From the NCBI GenBank assembly GCA_977017645.1, contig OZ360225.1:93310001-93374000 (forward strand): DNA of 64,000 nt, given 5' to 3'. Under the pieces are notes generated by a model. That model saw nothing but the letters and a program-made list of their open reading frames with translations. It was not told the DNA's origin and did not search any database. This document shows positions 49,720 to 61,454 of the stretch, piece by piece. Position 1 is the stretch's first letter, and each line of letters starts with the position of its first letter. The DNA comes from Torpedo marmorata (taxonomy: Eukaryota). Both the position numbers and the translations under genes were made by a program.

Positions 49720-51750
49720 GGTGGTCTTAAAGCATGTTAAGGTGGATAAATTCTCAGGACCTGACTGAGCATATCCTAGGTCATTGTGGGAAGCAAGGGA
49801 AGAAATTGCTGGGGCCCTGTGAGATCTATTGGCATCCCTTTTAGCTATGTGTGAGTTACCAGATCTCTGGACGGTGGCTAATGTTGTGCCTTTATTTTAG
49901 AAGGGTTGCAAGGTCAAGGCAGGGAACCTCAGGCTTGTGTGCCTAACATCAGTGGTGGGAAAATTAGAGGAGGGGATTCTGAGGGACAGAATCTACGTGC
50001 ATTTGGAAAGGCAAGGGCTGAATAGGAATAGTCAGCGTAACTTTGTGCTTAGAAATCATGTCTCATAAATTTGATTCAAGTTTTATATAAACAGGCGATG
50101 AAGAGGATTGACAAGGATAGGGTGGTGGATGTTGCCTACTTTGACTTTAGTAAGGCCTTTGATAAGGTTCTGCCTAGTAGGCAGGTTTGAAAGGTTAGAT
50201 CACGTAGGATCCAGGATGAACGAGCCAATTGGATACAAAATTTGCTTTGTGGTAGGAGCAGAGGTGGTAGTGGCAGGTTGTTTTACAGTTTGGAGGTCTG
50301 TGAACAGTGGCGTGTTGCTGGGGTTGATGCTGGGTCCACTTGTTGTTCGACATCTATACAGTATTAATGATTTGGATGAGAATATCATTGGATCACTAAG
50401 TTTATGAGTGAAGAAAGTTATCCAAGATTACAACATGAGGTAGATCAACTGGGGAAGTGGGTCAAGGAATGACAATTGAAATTTAACTCGGACAATTGCA
50501 ATGTTTAACAGACATTTAGATAGATCGGTGGAGAGTAAAGGTTTCAAGGGATATGGGTCAAATGCGGCAAATGGGACTAGCTTCGGGAAACAACTTGGTC
50601 AGCATGGACAAGTTGAGTCAAAGGGCCTATTTCCATGTTGTAGAGCTTTATGAATTGTTGCATTTTGGTAAGCTAAACCAGGGCAGATGCAGAGTAAATG
50701 GTAGGGCCCTGGAGAGTGTTGTCAAACAGAGGGACCTAGCGGTACAGGTATAAAGTTCCCTGAAAGTGATGACTTGGATAGATGATGAAGATGCTGTTTG
50801 GTACGTTATTCTTCATGAGTCGGGTCATTGAGCTCAGGAGTTAGGATGTCATCTTACTGCTATACAAGATATTGGTTAGACTGCAGTTGGAAAATTGTGT
50901 GCAGTCTGGCCACCCAGCTGTAGGAAGGATGTCAATAAACTGGAAAAGGTGCAGAAAAGATTCGCAAGCATGTTAGTGAAACTGGAGGGCTTGAGTTATA
51001 AGGAGAGACTGGATAGGCTGTGGCTTTTATTGCCAGAGCATAGGAGCTGAGGGGTGATCTTATAGAAATATATAAAATTATGAGGAGCATAGATAAGATG
51101 AATGGCCAGTCTTTTCTCCGGGTAGAGAAGTCTAAAACTAGAGGGCATAGGTTTAAGTTGAGAGGAGTGGAAAGATTTAAAAGGGACAAGGAACAACTTT
51201 TTCCACAAGAGTGGTGGATATATGGAATGAATTGCCAGGGGAAGCTGTAGAGGTGGTTAGAATTTCGATGTTTAAAAGACATTTAGAATGTACGTACAGT
51301 ACAACTCCGATTATCCGAAATGGTCGGGACCGGTCCTATTTCGGATAAACGATTTTTTCGGATAACTGGTTATTTTTTAAAACAGCCCAGTAGCAACAGC
51401 AAATCACTTGTAACAGTGTTTAAACAACAACAAACAACAAGGGAAGGCTTTTAAAGCATGAAATAATGTTTAATTCTCACCAAAAAACAACCTGAGCAAA
51501 ATAAGATAAGTCATTCGGCTTCGAAAATTTTCGGATAAATGAGGATTTCTGATTTTTCGGAGCCGAACAGATGTCACTTCCGGGTCCAAAAAAATTTCGG
51601 ATAAATGAGGATTTCGGATAATCGGAATTGTACTGTACTAGGATTGGAAAGATTTAGAATGATGTGGGCCAATACAGGAAAATAACAATTTGGTGAGCAT
51701 GGATAAATTAGGTCAAAGGGGCTGTTTCAGTGCTGTATTACTCTGTCACT
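49720..51750 (+). mobile_element. Old CR1 RT fragment(s) with MITE insertion
   Basis: Degenerate DFSKAFDKV, GV..G.MLGPL and LRGDLIEIYKIMR; tail GGGGCTGTTTCAGTGCTGTATTACTCT. Confidence 0.8.
51297..51635. mobile_element. Tigger/pogo-like MITE
   Basis: 25-bp TIR CAGTACAA(C/T)TCCGATTATCCGAAAT with one mismatch; TA TSD on both sides; internal TTTCGGATAA repeats. Confidence 0.92.
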
Positions 51751-52057
51751 CCAAACACCTGAAAATTATTACGTACTTCTGCTGAGTTAATGTGATGATG
51801 AAATTTGAGCACACAGTAGTGAAATTGTAGTTCCACACCAAGTTCTGTCAGTCATTTCATATCAGACTGGGAAAGACTGAAACTATTTAATATGACTTGT
51901 TTAGTGTAACTAATAGCTTGAGATTTCATTTCTGAAAATTCCATATTGGTGACTTAATCCAAACTCCTATTCAACTCCCAGCCTTTCCCTTCCTTCATCT
52001 AACCCTATTTGTATTTCCTTCTATATTCCTTCTCTCTCTTGAAACTTTCCCTTAAAA

Positions 52058-52216
52058 CAGTGGTTCTCAACCTTTTTCTTTTCATTCACATACCACCTTG
52101 TAATCCCTTACTAACCGCAGAGCAGCTTTGGCATAGGATGGCATAGCTGCTCTGTGCTTTGTAAGGGATTATTTAAGGTGGTATATGAGTGGAAAGAAAA
52201 AGGTTGAGAACCACTG
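52058..52216. mobile_element. hAT (Charlie/MER5-like) palindromic MITE
   Basis: TIR CAGTGGTTCTCAACCTTTTTCTTT; 8-bp TSD CCTTAAAA/CCTTAAAG. Confidence 0.9.
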
Positions 52217-54322
52217 CCTTAAAGGCATCCGTGCTATTCATCTCAATTAGTTTATGGTGGCACTACTCTCTGGGTAGAGTTTCTCCATGAGTTCTTTATT
52301 GGATTTAAGGGTGATCTCACTTAGAGGTCCCAAATTTAGATTCCCTTTCATGTTATCTCCATATCCATCCATCAAGACCCCGCTCCGATAATTTAATAAA
52401 GCTCAGTTAAAAATTATACCTTTGCAATTCTTGCACCATCTTGTCGGATATAAACGTTTTTCAGCAGTTCCATCTTCTTTCTGATTTGACAGCAAGAATC
52501 TTCAAACATAGATCAAGGAAGTATTTTTTAAAAGACAAAAGTTGAATTAAACATCTTTCCCCTTCACATAAAATGTCAAAGAGGGTCATAACAGTTTCAT
52601 CATCATGTAAGCTGATTCTGCATATGGGTTTTCTGAGCATCCTTAGATATTTCTGAGCTTCTGACAAATATTTTAAAAATTGTTTAAATTTAAATAATTT
52701 ACTATTTGCTTGGACAGATTTTTGTTAAATTTGTCATTGTGAATTGAGTATGGTTAAAGAAATCATTTTACCAGACTTCCTAATGGCTCACCTGTTTAAG
52801 GCCTATTACAAAGTTGTAGCAATATGTTTCAAATTTTATTGTTTGATCTCTGCTGAGTTAGTTGACTTCAATTGCTTGTGCCCTCTCAAGTTTGGGAAGA
52901 AGGAAATTGCTGAAGATTTTGATTGTTTTCTGTTGTGGCTGCTGGGAATGCAAGTGTGTGATTGAACAAAGAGAGAATATGGTCATTAAACCCTTCCTAG
53001 ATCAAATAGCCCTTGTGACTTGCATGTTGAGCTTATTTTTGTGATTAATTTTCCACTCAATTGTGCAAGTCACCTGGCACCAGTAGAACTGTACCTTAGC
53101 AAAGAGACATTATATTCAGCAGAAATGAATACAATTGGAAGGATAAATTAAATAATTTAACTCAATTGGTTAGAACAGTAAAATACAATTTCAGCCATTA
53201 ATCACTGATTTTAAAATATTTTTCCAATTGCACATTTAGTTTGAGAACAGTAAATTACACTACAATGTAAACAGAGATATTGGTTAAAATTGCTGGCTTG
53301 ATGGTAAAGGATCACTGTTGGATAATGTCTGATGGTGAGCAGGGTACTTTGACTGAGGAGTGCAAGTGCTGTAGACTGGAATTTCCAGATGCGACTGACT
53401 GCCAATTTTGGAATGTACTGCTGACGTCAGTTGTTACTCCAGGGAATGCTTGCATTCCAATTCCTGGCAATGGTCAGGTGGTTTACAGGAAAAAGTTGCG
53501 GGGGGAGGAAATCCTACGTACAGTTTAATTTTAAATTAACCAACTGCAGTAGTTATCACATTTTGCAGTAATTATATATTGATTATTTGTTTATTTTTTA
53601 ATTTTGTCGTGTTAAAACCACATTTATCAACAGTACTTATTTTGTTGTGTATATGAGTTAAAAGTTAACGTTGCTCACTGTTCTTTGGACCATGCTCTGT
53701 TGTACCTCAGCCAACAGAATTCATCACCCCGTCAATGAGACTGTTTTGTGGAGCTTACGCTTCCAGTAAAAAGCGAGTCGAGTGGGTGGAATCCTTTTTA
53801 AAAACATCCCAAGGAGGATTTTATTTCCTTTTACTGACCTCAATCTTTGGATTAACTGAGCATTTTAAACATTTTTTACAAAAAAATTATTAAGTAATTT
53901 ATAAAGCAAATAAATATAACTAACAACAGATGTAACTATAAAAATGATTGCTTTACATATAGTAAATATGGTTCATTCACTTTCTAATAGTCTTTACTTC
54001 TTCAAAAACTTGCAAATAATGTGGCACAATTGGAACCATGAGTTTAAAGATAAAGTTGGAATATTGAAGTATTTAATATTTTTACATCTAATTTTCCAGA
54101 AAAACAAAATCTGAAGCTTAAGACTGGTATCTGTTCACTGTTCCAGGATCACTATCTTTTCTGAGTTGTCATAATTAAAGAAACTTAAAGTTGTGGTGAA
54201 AGTTTTATTCTTGAGGGTAGAAGTTACAGATTTGAAGTGTTGCTTTAAAAGCCCAGATGAGTAAATTAAATACAATCTATAGTTGGTGCATACTGCACCC
54301 ACAATGAACCAGAAGTAGGGAG

Positions 54323-57300
54323 AAGTCAAGTCAAGTTTATTTGTCATCTGATTGTACAAGTACAACCCGATGAAACAGCGTTCTCCGGTCCTCGGTGCAA
54401 AAACATGCAGACACACAACCAGACATAACACACATACAGACAAAAAATCCATATGCAGTCCAAGTATTATATCTATAAAAATAAATAAATATTGTTTTGT
54501 ATAAATGAGAGTCTCAGATGTTAAGTGTGAGCAGTTCCTTTGGTCGTTCAGCATTCTCACTGCCCGTGGGAAGAAGCTGTTCCTCAGCCTGGTGGTGCTG
54601 ACTCTGATACTCCTGTATCTCTTCCCCGACGGGAGCAGCTGAAAGATGCTGTGTGCAGGGTGGAAGGCGTCCTCAATAATTTTGCACGCCCTCTTCAGAC
54701 AATGTCCCGGTAGATCATGTCGATGGGGGGGAAGTTGACTCCAGTGATCCTCTCTGCCACTCTTATGGTCCTGTGGATTGACCTCTGATCCATTTCTCTG
54801 CAGCAACCATACCACACTGTGATGCAACCGGCCAGGACGCTCTCGATAGAGCTCCTATAGAAGGTTGACATAATGGTGGCCGGTAGCCTTGCCCGCTTCA
54901 GTCTTCTCAGGAAGTGCAGTCGCTGTTGCGCCTTTCTGACAAGCGAGGAGATGTTGAGTGTCCACGATAAGTCACTAGTTAAGTGAACTCCAAGGAACTT
55001 GGTGCTCTCCACTCTCTCTACTACAGAGTTGTTGATGTGTAGTGGAGGGTGGTCGTTCCTGGTCCTCCTGAAGTCCACGATCATCTCCTTCATGTTGTCC
55101 ACATTAAGACTCAAGTTGTTACTCTCGCACCATTTCACGAGATTTTTCACCTTTTCTCTGTAGTGCGATTCATCGTTTTTGCTGATGAGGCCAACTACTG
55201 TTGTGCCATCTGCAAACTTGATGACACTGTTGGAGCTGGATCTGGCAATGCACTTGTGGGCCAGTAGCATGAACAGGACCGGGCTGAGCACACAGCCCTT
55301 AGGTGTGCCAGTGCTCAGCGTGACGGTGCTCGATATTCTGCTACCGACCTGGACAGACTGTGGTCTTTCCGTTAGGAAGTTCAGGATCCAGTTACAGAGA
55401 GGGGTGTTGAGTCCCAGCGAGGACAGCTTCTCCACCAGCCTCTGGGGAATGATCGTATTAAACGCCGAGCTGAAGTCAATGAACAGCAGCCTGGCGTATG
55501 AGGTGTCGTTCTCCAGGTGGGCCAGGACGGAGTGAAGCGACAAGGCTATAGCATCGTTTGTGGAATGGTTTCTTCTATAGGCAAATTGAAATGGATCCAG
55601 CGTCTCTGGGAGGTGTGCTTTGATGCTTTCCATCACCAGACGCTCGAAGCATCTCATAATGGTGTAGGTCAGTGCCACAAGGCGGTAGTCATTGAAGCCT
55701 TTTATTGTCGCCCTCTTGGGCACCAGGATGATGGTGGCTGTCTTGAACCCTGCGAGAACGATGAACTGCTGCAGTGAGGTGTTGAAGATGTCCGTGAAGA
55801 CCTCCGTCAATTGGTCTGCGCAGTCCTTCAGTACCCGACCAGGTATGTTGTCTGGTCCTGCTGCCTTGTGTGGGTTCACCTTGGATAGGGTTCTCCTCAC
55901 CTCGGCCATGGCTATGCGGGGTCCTGTTCATCAGGGGGTCACGGAGCTTTCTTTGGCATCATCCTGTTCTTCTCATCAAACCGTGAATAGAAGGTGTTCA
56001 GTCTGTCCGGAAGGGAGGAGTCATTGTCCTTAATTCACAAGGTTGACTTGTGATCCGTAATAGTCTTGATTCCTTGCCACATGCGCCTCGTGTCACACAG
56101 CTGTCTGTGGATCTTCTGTGCGTACCCTTGCTTTGCCTTCCAGATTGCACAGGAGAGTTCAGCCCTGGCTGATCTTAGTGCCATCCTATCCCCTGTCCTG
56201 AAGGCAGCATCACGAGCTCTGAGAAGGGCCTGGACCTCTGCATCCAACCATGGTTTCTGGTAGCCCTGGTTGTGAAGCATTTGATCTCGGTGACATCCTC
56301 AATGCACTTGCTGACGTAGCCAGTCACTGAGCTCGTGTACTCCTCTATGTTTACATGACCATTGTAGGTGGCCGCCTCCCTGAAACAACTCCACTCTGTG
56401 GTCTCAAAGCAGTCTTGCAGTGCTGCTGTGGCCCCCACCCCCCCGCCCGGTCATGTCCTGATCTCCCTGCGAACTGACCTAGTTTGCTTTGCCAGCGGTC
56501 TGTACGCCGGGGTTAGCAGGACATATATGTGATCCGAGTAACCAAGGTGGGGGCGAGGTGCAGCCTTGTACACAGCAGGGACGTTGGTGTACACCTGATC
56601 CAGGCTGTTCTCTCCTCTGGTGGTGAAGTTCACATGCTGTTGAAACTGTGGTAAGACCGTTTTCAGGTTGGCGTGATTGAAGTCGCCAGCAACAATCATG
56701 GCACCGTCAGGGTGGGAAGTCTGGGCTTCGCAGATGGCACCGTAAAGCTCCTTCATGGCTTCACCCTCATTAGCCAAAGGCGGAAAGTAGATGGCAGCAA
56801 TCAGCATGGCCGAGAATTCCCTGGGCAGCTAGAAGGGTCTGCATTTCACCAGGAGGTACTCTATCTCTGCTGAGCAGAATGTCTTCACAACAGAGACATT
56901 GGTGCACCAGTTCTCGATGATGTAAATGCACAGTCCCCCTCCTCGAGTCTTGCCAGAAGCAGCAGCGTCTCTGTCTGCCCTGAAGGAGATAAGGCCATCC
57001 AGCTGGATCGCTGAGTCTGGAATGGTGTCCTGGAGCCACGTTTCTGTAATCACCAGAGCACAGCAGCCCTACAGTTCCCTCTGGTTCAGATGCAGCCTCA
57101 GGTAATCCATTTTCTTCTCCAGCGATCTTACATTTGAGAGTAAGATTGTCAGGAGCGCGGGTCTGAAGGAGTTAACTCTCAGTCTAACCCTGATGCCAGT
57201 CCGTGTTCCATACTTCTGCCTTCTCCAGCAGTGCTTCCGATGGCCTCCCACGCATCTCCCGCGATCCGCTCCACAGTTTGCAGCCGTCTGTGTTCCTTGC

Positions 57301-57476
57301 TTCAGGAGTTTTAAACCGCGCAGAATCTTACCGATCCGATCCACTAATTTGAGAGTCCGGTTCGCGTTTTGTATTTTGACGAGAGTTTCCCGATCGTAGA
57401 TACAACGTAGTAAGTTGGGGATTTCACCATTGTAAGGAGCCGAAGTGGCCGGCAACCTCGTGCGCCGCCATCTTGA
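54323..57476 (-). mobile_element. Near full-length Rex1/Babar-like LINE (single APE-RT ORF, disrupted)
   Basis: 5' AAGATGGCGGC; SNVRSL, ITETWL, AGDFNHANL, SDH; RT 54695-55909 ([17 protein letters not shown]); 3' ATGACAAATAAA(CTTGA)n. Confidence 0.9.
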
Positions 57477-57589
57477 AAATAAAAAAAAAATGGGATGGGG
57501 TGTCGTACTGAACATTTATGAATATCTTGATTGAAGCAGCACTCACCAAGGCAAAGGGGAGAATAGTTCATAATACTTCTGTATTGATC

Positions 57590-58220
57590 TATGTAAATGG
57601 TGGAAAGATTTTGGGTGTTGGGAATTAAATCTCCTGTAACAGTTAGTGGCATGCTCTTGCAATGACAGGAGACTCAGCAATAGTATTGCCATTGAATGTC
57701 AAAGGTAGGTGGTTGGGTTTGCTGTTGTTGGAGATAGCCATTGCCTAGTTCTTTTGTGGTACAATTGTTCCTTGCCATTTGTCAGCCCATTCCTGAATGT
57801 TGTCCATGACTTGCTGCAAGCAGACCTTGATTACACAGGCTCCACAGCTCAGTGGTTAAAGCACTGGTCTTGTAAACCAGGGGTCACGGGTTCGTTCCCC
57901 GCTGTGGGGCCTCATTTCTGTGAGGGGCGCTGGACAAAGTGGTGACTCTCTGTCTTCCTTACAGTAGACAAAGTTAAAGAATTTCATGTATGTTACATTC
58001 TAAATGTAGTATTACGTGACAATAATGAAACCTTTACGTTTACCTTTTACCTTTACCTTTATGTCTTCATTTGCCGAGAAGCTGCAAATGGAATTGAACA
58101 TTTCACAATCATCAGTGAATGTCTCCGTCTCTGACCTTCTGGTGGAAGAAAAGTAATTGATAAAGCAGATAAAGATAGTTGGGCCTGGGACACAGTCCTG
58201 AATAACTTCTGTATCAGATG
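57590..58220 (-). mobile_element. Ancient RTE-X-like LINE relic split by the tRNA-Thr SINE
   Basis: Degenerate RT motifs on the - strand, e.g. CAGGACTGTGTCCCAGGCCCAACTATCTT (a decayed QGSVLGP) at 58170-58200. Confidence 0.5.
57838..58058 (+). mobile_element. tRNA-Thr(UGU)-headed SINE with Rex1-type tail
   Basis: Head 57838-57913 folds like tRNA-Thr (anticodon arm CTGGT-CTTGTAA-ACCAG, TGT at 57871-57873); tail GTGACAATAAT-(ACCTTT)n; second copy at 36377. Confidence 0.85.
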
Positions 58221-58224
58221 ATTA

Positions 58225-58519
58225 ACCGATGTAGAGAAGCCACAAAGGGAGCACCGGATGCAGTAAATAAGTCCTCTGAAAGTACAAGTGAAGTGTTGCT
58301 TCACTTGGAAGGCCTGTTTGGGGCCCCGGACCGTGGTGAGGGAGGAGGTGTGGGTGCAAGTGTTGCACCTTCTGCGGGTACAGGGGAAGGTGCCGTGGGT
58401 GCGATGGGTGGGGAGGGTTGAGTGCACGAGAGAATCGCAGAGGGAGCGGTCCCTGCGGAAGGCCGAGAGGGGAAGATAAGGAAAAATGTGTCTGGTGGTG
58501 GGATCCTGTAGTAAGTGAC
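58225..58519 (-). mobile_element. Penelope-like fragment
   Basis: DPTTRHIFP...FQVKQHFTCTFRGLIYCIRCSLCG; homologous to 34780-35040. Confidence 0.88.
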
Positions 58520-61407
58520 CATTTGGACTGCGGACGGTCAGCAGGAAGGATGAAGTCTTTTGAGTATACACTGGGACCAGGTACTGAAAGAATTAACTTG
58601 CCCAGGGCTGGATGTGCTCAGAGAGAGAGACACATAGAGAGAGAGACAGGCTGTGGAAAGATACTTTGTTGCACTTTTGCAAAAGCAGGTGAAAACCTCT
58701 GCAAAAAGGCATTCAGTTTGGAGTTGCAAAAGGCTGAAGCAACAACACCAGAAACCAGGCTTGTGCATTCCAGTAGAAAGACTGTGGAAAATAGCACATG
58801 GCCTCTTGTATCAGCAAAATCCTGATATAAAGCAACTTTCATGGAGAACAGGCGTGAGATCAGCGAGACAGGCTGTGAGATCCAAGTACACGTCTCAATC
58901 AGTGGTGTACTGATTTGGAACAGCAACCCTCGTGCACCTACCAAAAGGGAAAGCCATCGGAAGAAAAGCAGGCCAAGCATTCGTAAGCTTAAACAGTCAT
59001 TGTCTCTCTCTCCAACGTTCAAAGCGTAATTAAAGAAAAAGCTCAGCAAGCTTATTCTACTCTTACCACGGAGCAAGCTGCTGATTATGAAACTGTGAAG
59101 AAGGCTATACTCCAGGCTTATGAGTTAGTTCCAGAGGCTGATAGACAGAAGTTTAGAAATTTAAAAAGATCAGCAACCCAATCTTACACAGAGTTTGCCT
59201 ATGAAAAGGTTGTGTGTTTTGACCGGTGGTGCACATCTAAGGCGGTAAACAATTATTACAATCAATTGAGAGAATTGATAATAATTGAGGAGATAAAAAG
59301 GTGTGTTCCTGAGGATATTAAGGCACACTGAGATGAAAAGGAGGTGAAAACTTGGCAAAATTCAGCTAAGTTAGCAGATGAATATGCTTTAACCCACAAG
59401 CCTAAGTGGACGTCAGGCAGAATTTTCCAAAAGGGCACTGTGGATAATCCCAAGCAAGTGGAAAGTAAATTTGCAAGTGTTGTTAAGGAAAGAGATGAAG
59501 GAAAGTGGAAAAAGGAAAACCCTTTGGGTCCCATTTGCCACGACTGTAGGAAGGCTGGTCATATGCTAGCAAGCTGTCCAGTGTTGAAAAAGAAGAGAAA
59601 AAAGGATGCAACACCTAATGCTTGTATTCAGAGTGAGAAGAGGCATAACACCCAGGAAGGAGACAAATGTACTGACAAAGTTAGGGATGTATTTAGACCT
59701 TTTGTGACTGATGGTTTTATTTCAGTTAAGGCAGGATCAAAGCAAGTTCCAGTGAAAATCTTGCGAGATACTGGAGCTGCTCAGTAACTTGGAACTGAGT
59801 GACTGAGTTCCAAGTGTCTTGGAATTTTGTGAAGCCACTGACACCGGTGAAATGAATTTAATTAAAGGAATTTGGAGTGATGTTGAGTCCATTCCTTTGC
59901 ACAAAATAGTGTTGAACTCAGCCTTGGTGGAAGGACCTGTTATAATAGGAATGGGATCAGAGTTGCCAGTAGAAGGAGTCTCACTGTTGCTAGACAATGA
60001 CTTGGCTGAGGGTAAAGTAGTTCCTACAGTGCGAATGACCACTAAGCCAGTCATTGATAAGTCAGAGAAGGAATCTGATATTTATCCGGCATGTGCCATA
60101 ACCAGGGCCATGTCTAAGAAAAATGTCGCTGTAGAGAAGGCAGTGGAAAATAAATTGGTGAAAGAAAAAGTCGGTGATAATCAAAAACACATGGAAAAAG
60201 GTTGAGCAATCTCCTGTGTGACACCCAAACACTGATAAGACACCTAAAGGCACAGATTTGTCACTATCCCGACAGGAGCTAATAGCAAGGCAAAAGGAGG
60301 ATCCTGATCTTGCTGAGATGAAGGTTAAGGTTCTCTCTGAAGAGGAGATTAAGAAGATGCCAGTAGGTTATTTCGAAAAAGATGGGGTGTTGATGAGAAA
60401 ATGGAGACCATGTGATGTTCCTGCCAGTGAAGAATGGGCAGTGGTGCAGCAGGTTGTGATCCCTAAAGTATATAGGGACGAAATAATAACTTTGGCTCAT
60501 AGCACACCCTTAGGTAGTCACGTTGGGGTGAAGAAAACTATACGGAAGATAATGAAACAATTTTATTTGCCCAGTTTGAGAAGGGAGGTTGTAAGCTTTT
60601 GCCGGGCCTGTCACACTTGTCAGGTGGTGGGTAAACCTAATCAGGTTCCCCCGGTGGCACACTTGCAACCTATCCCTGCTTTCAGTGAGCCTTTCTCGAG
60701 AGTGATTGTGGACTGTGTTGGCCCATTGCCCAAAACCAAAGCAGGGAATGCGTATTCGTTAAAAATTATGTGTGCAGCCACCTGATTTTCCGGAGGCCAT
60801 TCCTCTGAGAAACATTAAAGCAAAGGCAATTGTAAAGGCTATGGTAACGTTTTTCACCTTGGTAGGTTTGCCTCAGGAAGTTCAATCAGATCAGGGTAGT
60901 AATTTCCTGTCAGGCGTATACCAACAAGTGGTTGATAGACTGGGAGTTAAACAGATTCTATCCTCTGCGTACCATCCTGAAAGTCAAGGGGCCTTGGAGA
61001 GGTTCCATTCGACTTTGAAAAACATGATTAGAACTTATTGTTGTGAGAGGAAAAGGATTGGGATGAGGGGGTTCATTTGTTGTTATTTGCAGCGAGGGAG
61101 TCTGTCCAAGAATCACTTGGTATTCGTCCATACGAGTTAGTTTTCGGACATGAGGTGAGAGGTCCTTTAAGGTTATTAAAAGAACAGTGGATTAATAGTA
61201 AAGTGCATTTAAATCTGTTGGATTATGTTTCCAAATTTAAGGATTGGTTGCATAAAGCTTGTGTAATGGCAAAGTAGACTTTAAAAGCCACTCAACAGAG
61301 AATGAAGGTGTGGTATGATTGAAAGGCCAAGATGAGAACTTTTCAACCTGGTGAGAACGTATTAGTTCTGTTTCCCACACATTCAAATCCTCTTTGTGCG
61401 AGATTTT
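58520..61407 (+). mobile_element. Gmr1-like Gypsy relic: putative LTR part, gag, protease, integrase
   Basis: KKAILQAYELVPEADRQKFR; CHDCRKAGHMLASC knuckle; LRDTGAAQ; H..H...CHTC; IVDCVGPLP, SDQGSNF, YHPESQGALERFH. The LTR call for 58520-59050 is tentative. Confidence 0.88.
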
Positions 61408-61454
61408 CAGAATCAGAATCAGAATTTATTGTCATGATCAAGTCATGAAATTCG

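Noticed and set aside
54135-54827. 230-aa - strand ORF
   Set aside because: Mixed-frame read-through of the Rex1-like RT end into the UTR and flank.
57838-57913. Functional tRNA-Thr gene
   Set aside because: D- and T-stem mismatches, 2-nt insertion, no oligo-T terminator, and it is fused to a repeated SINE body.
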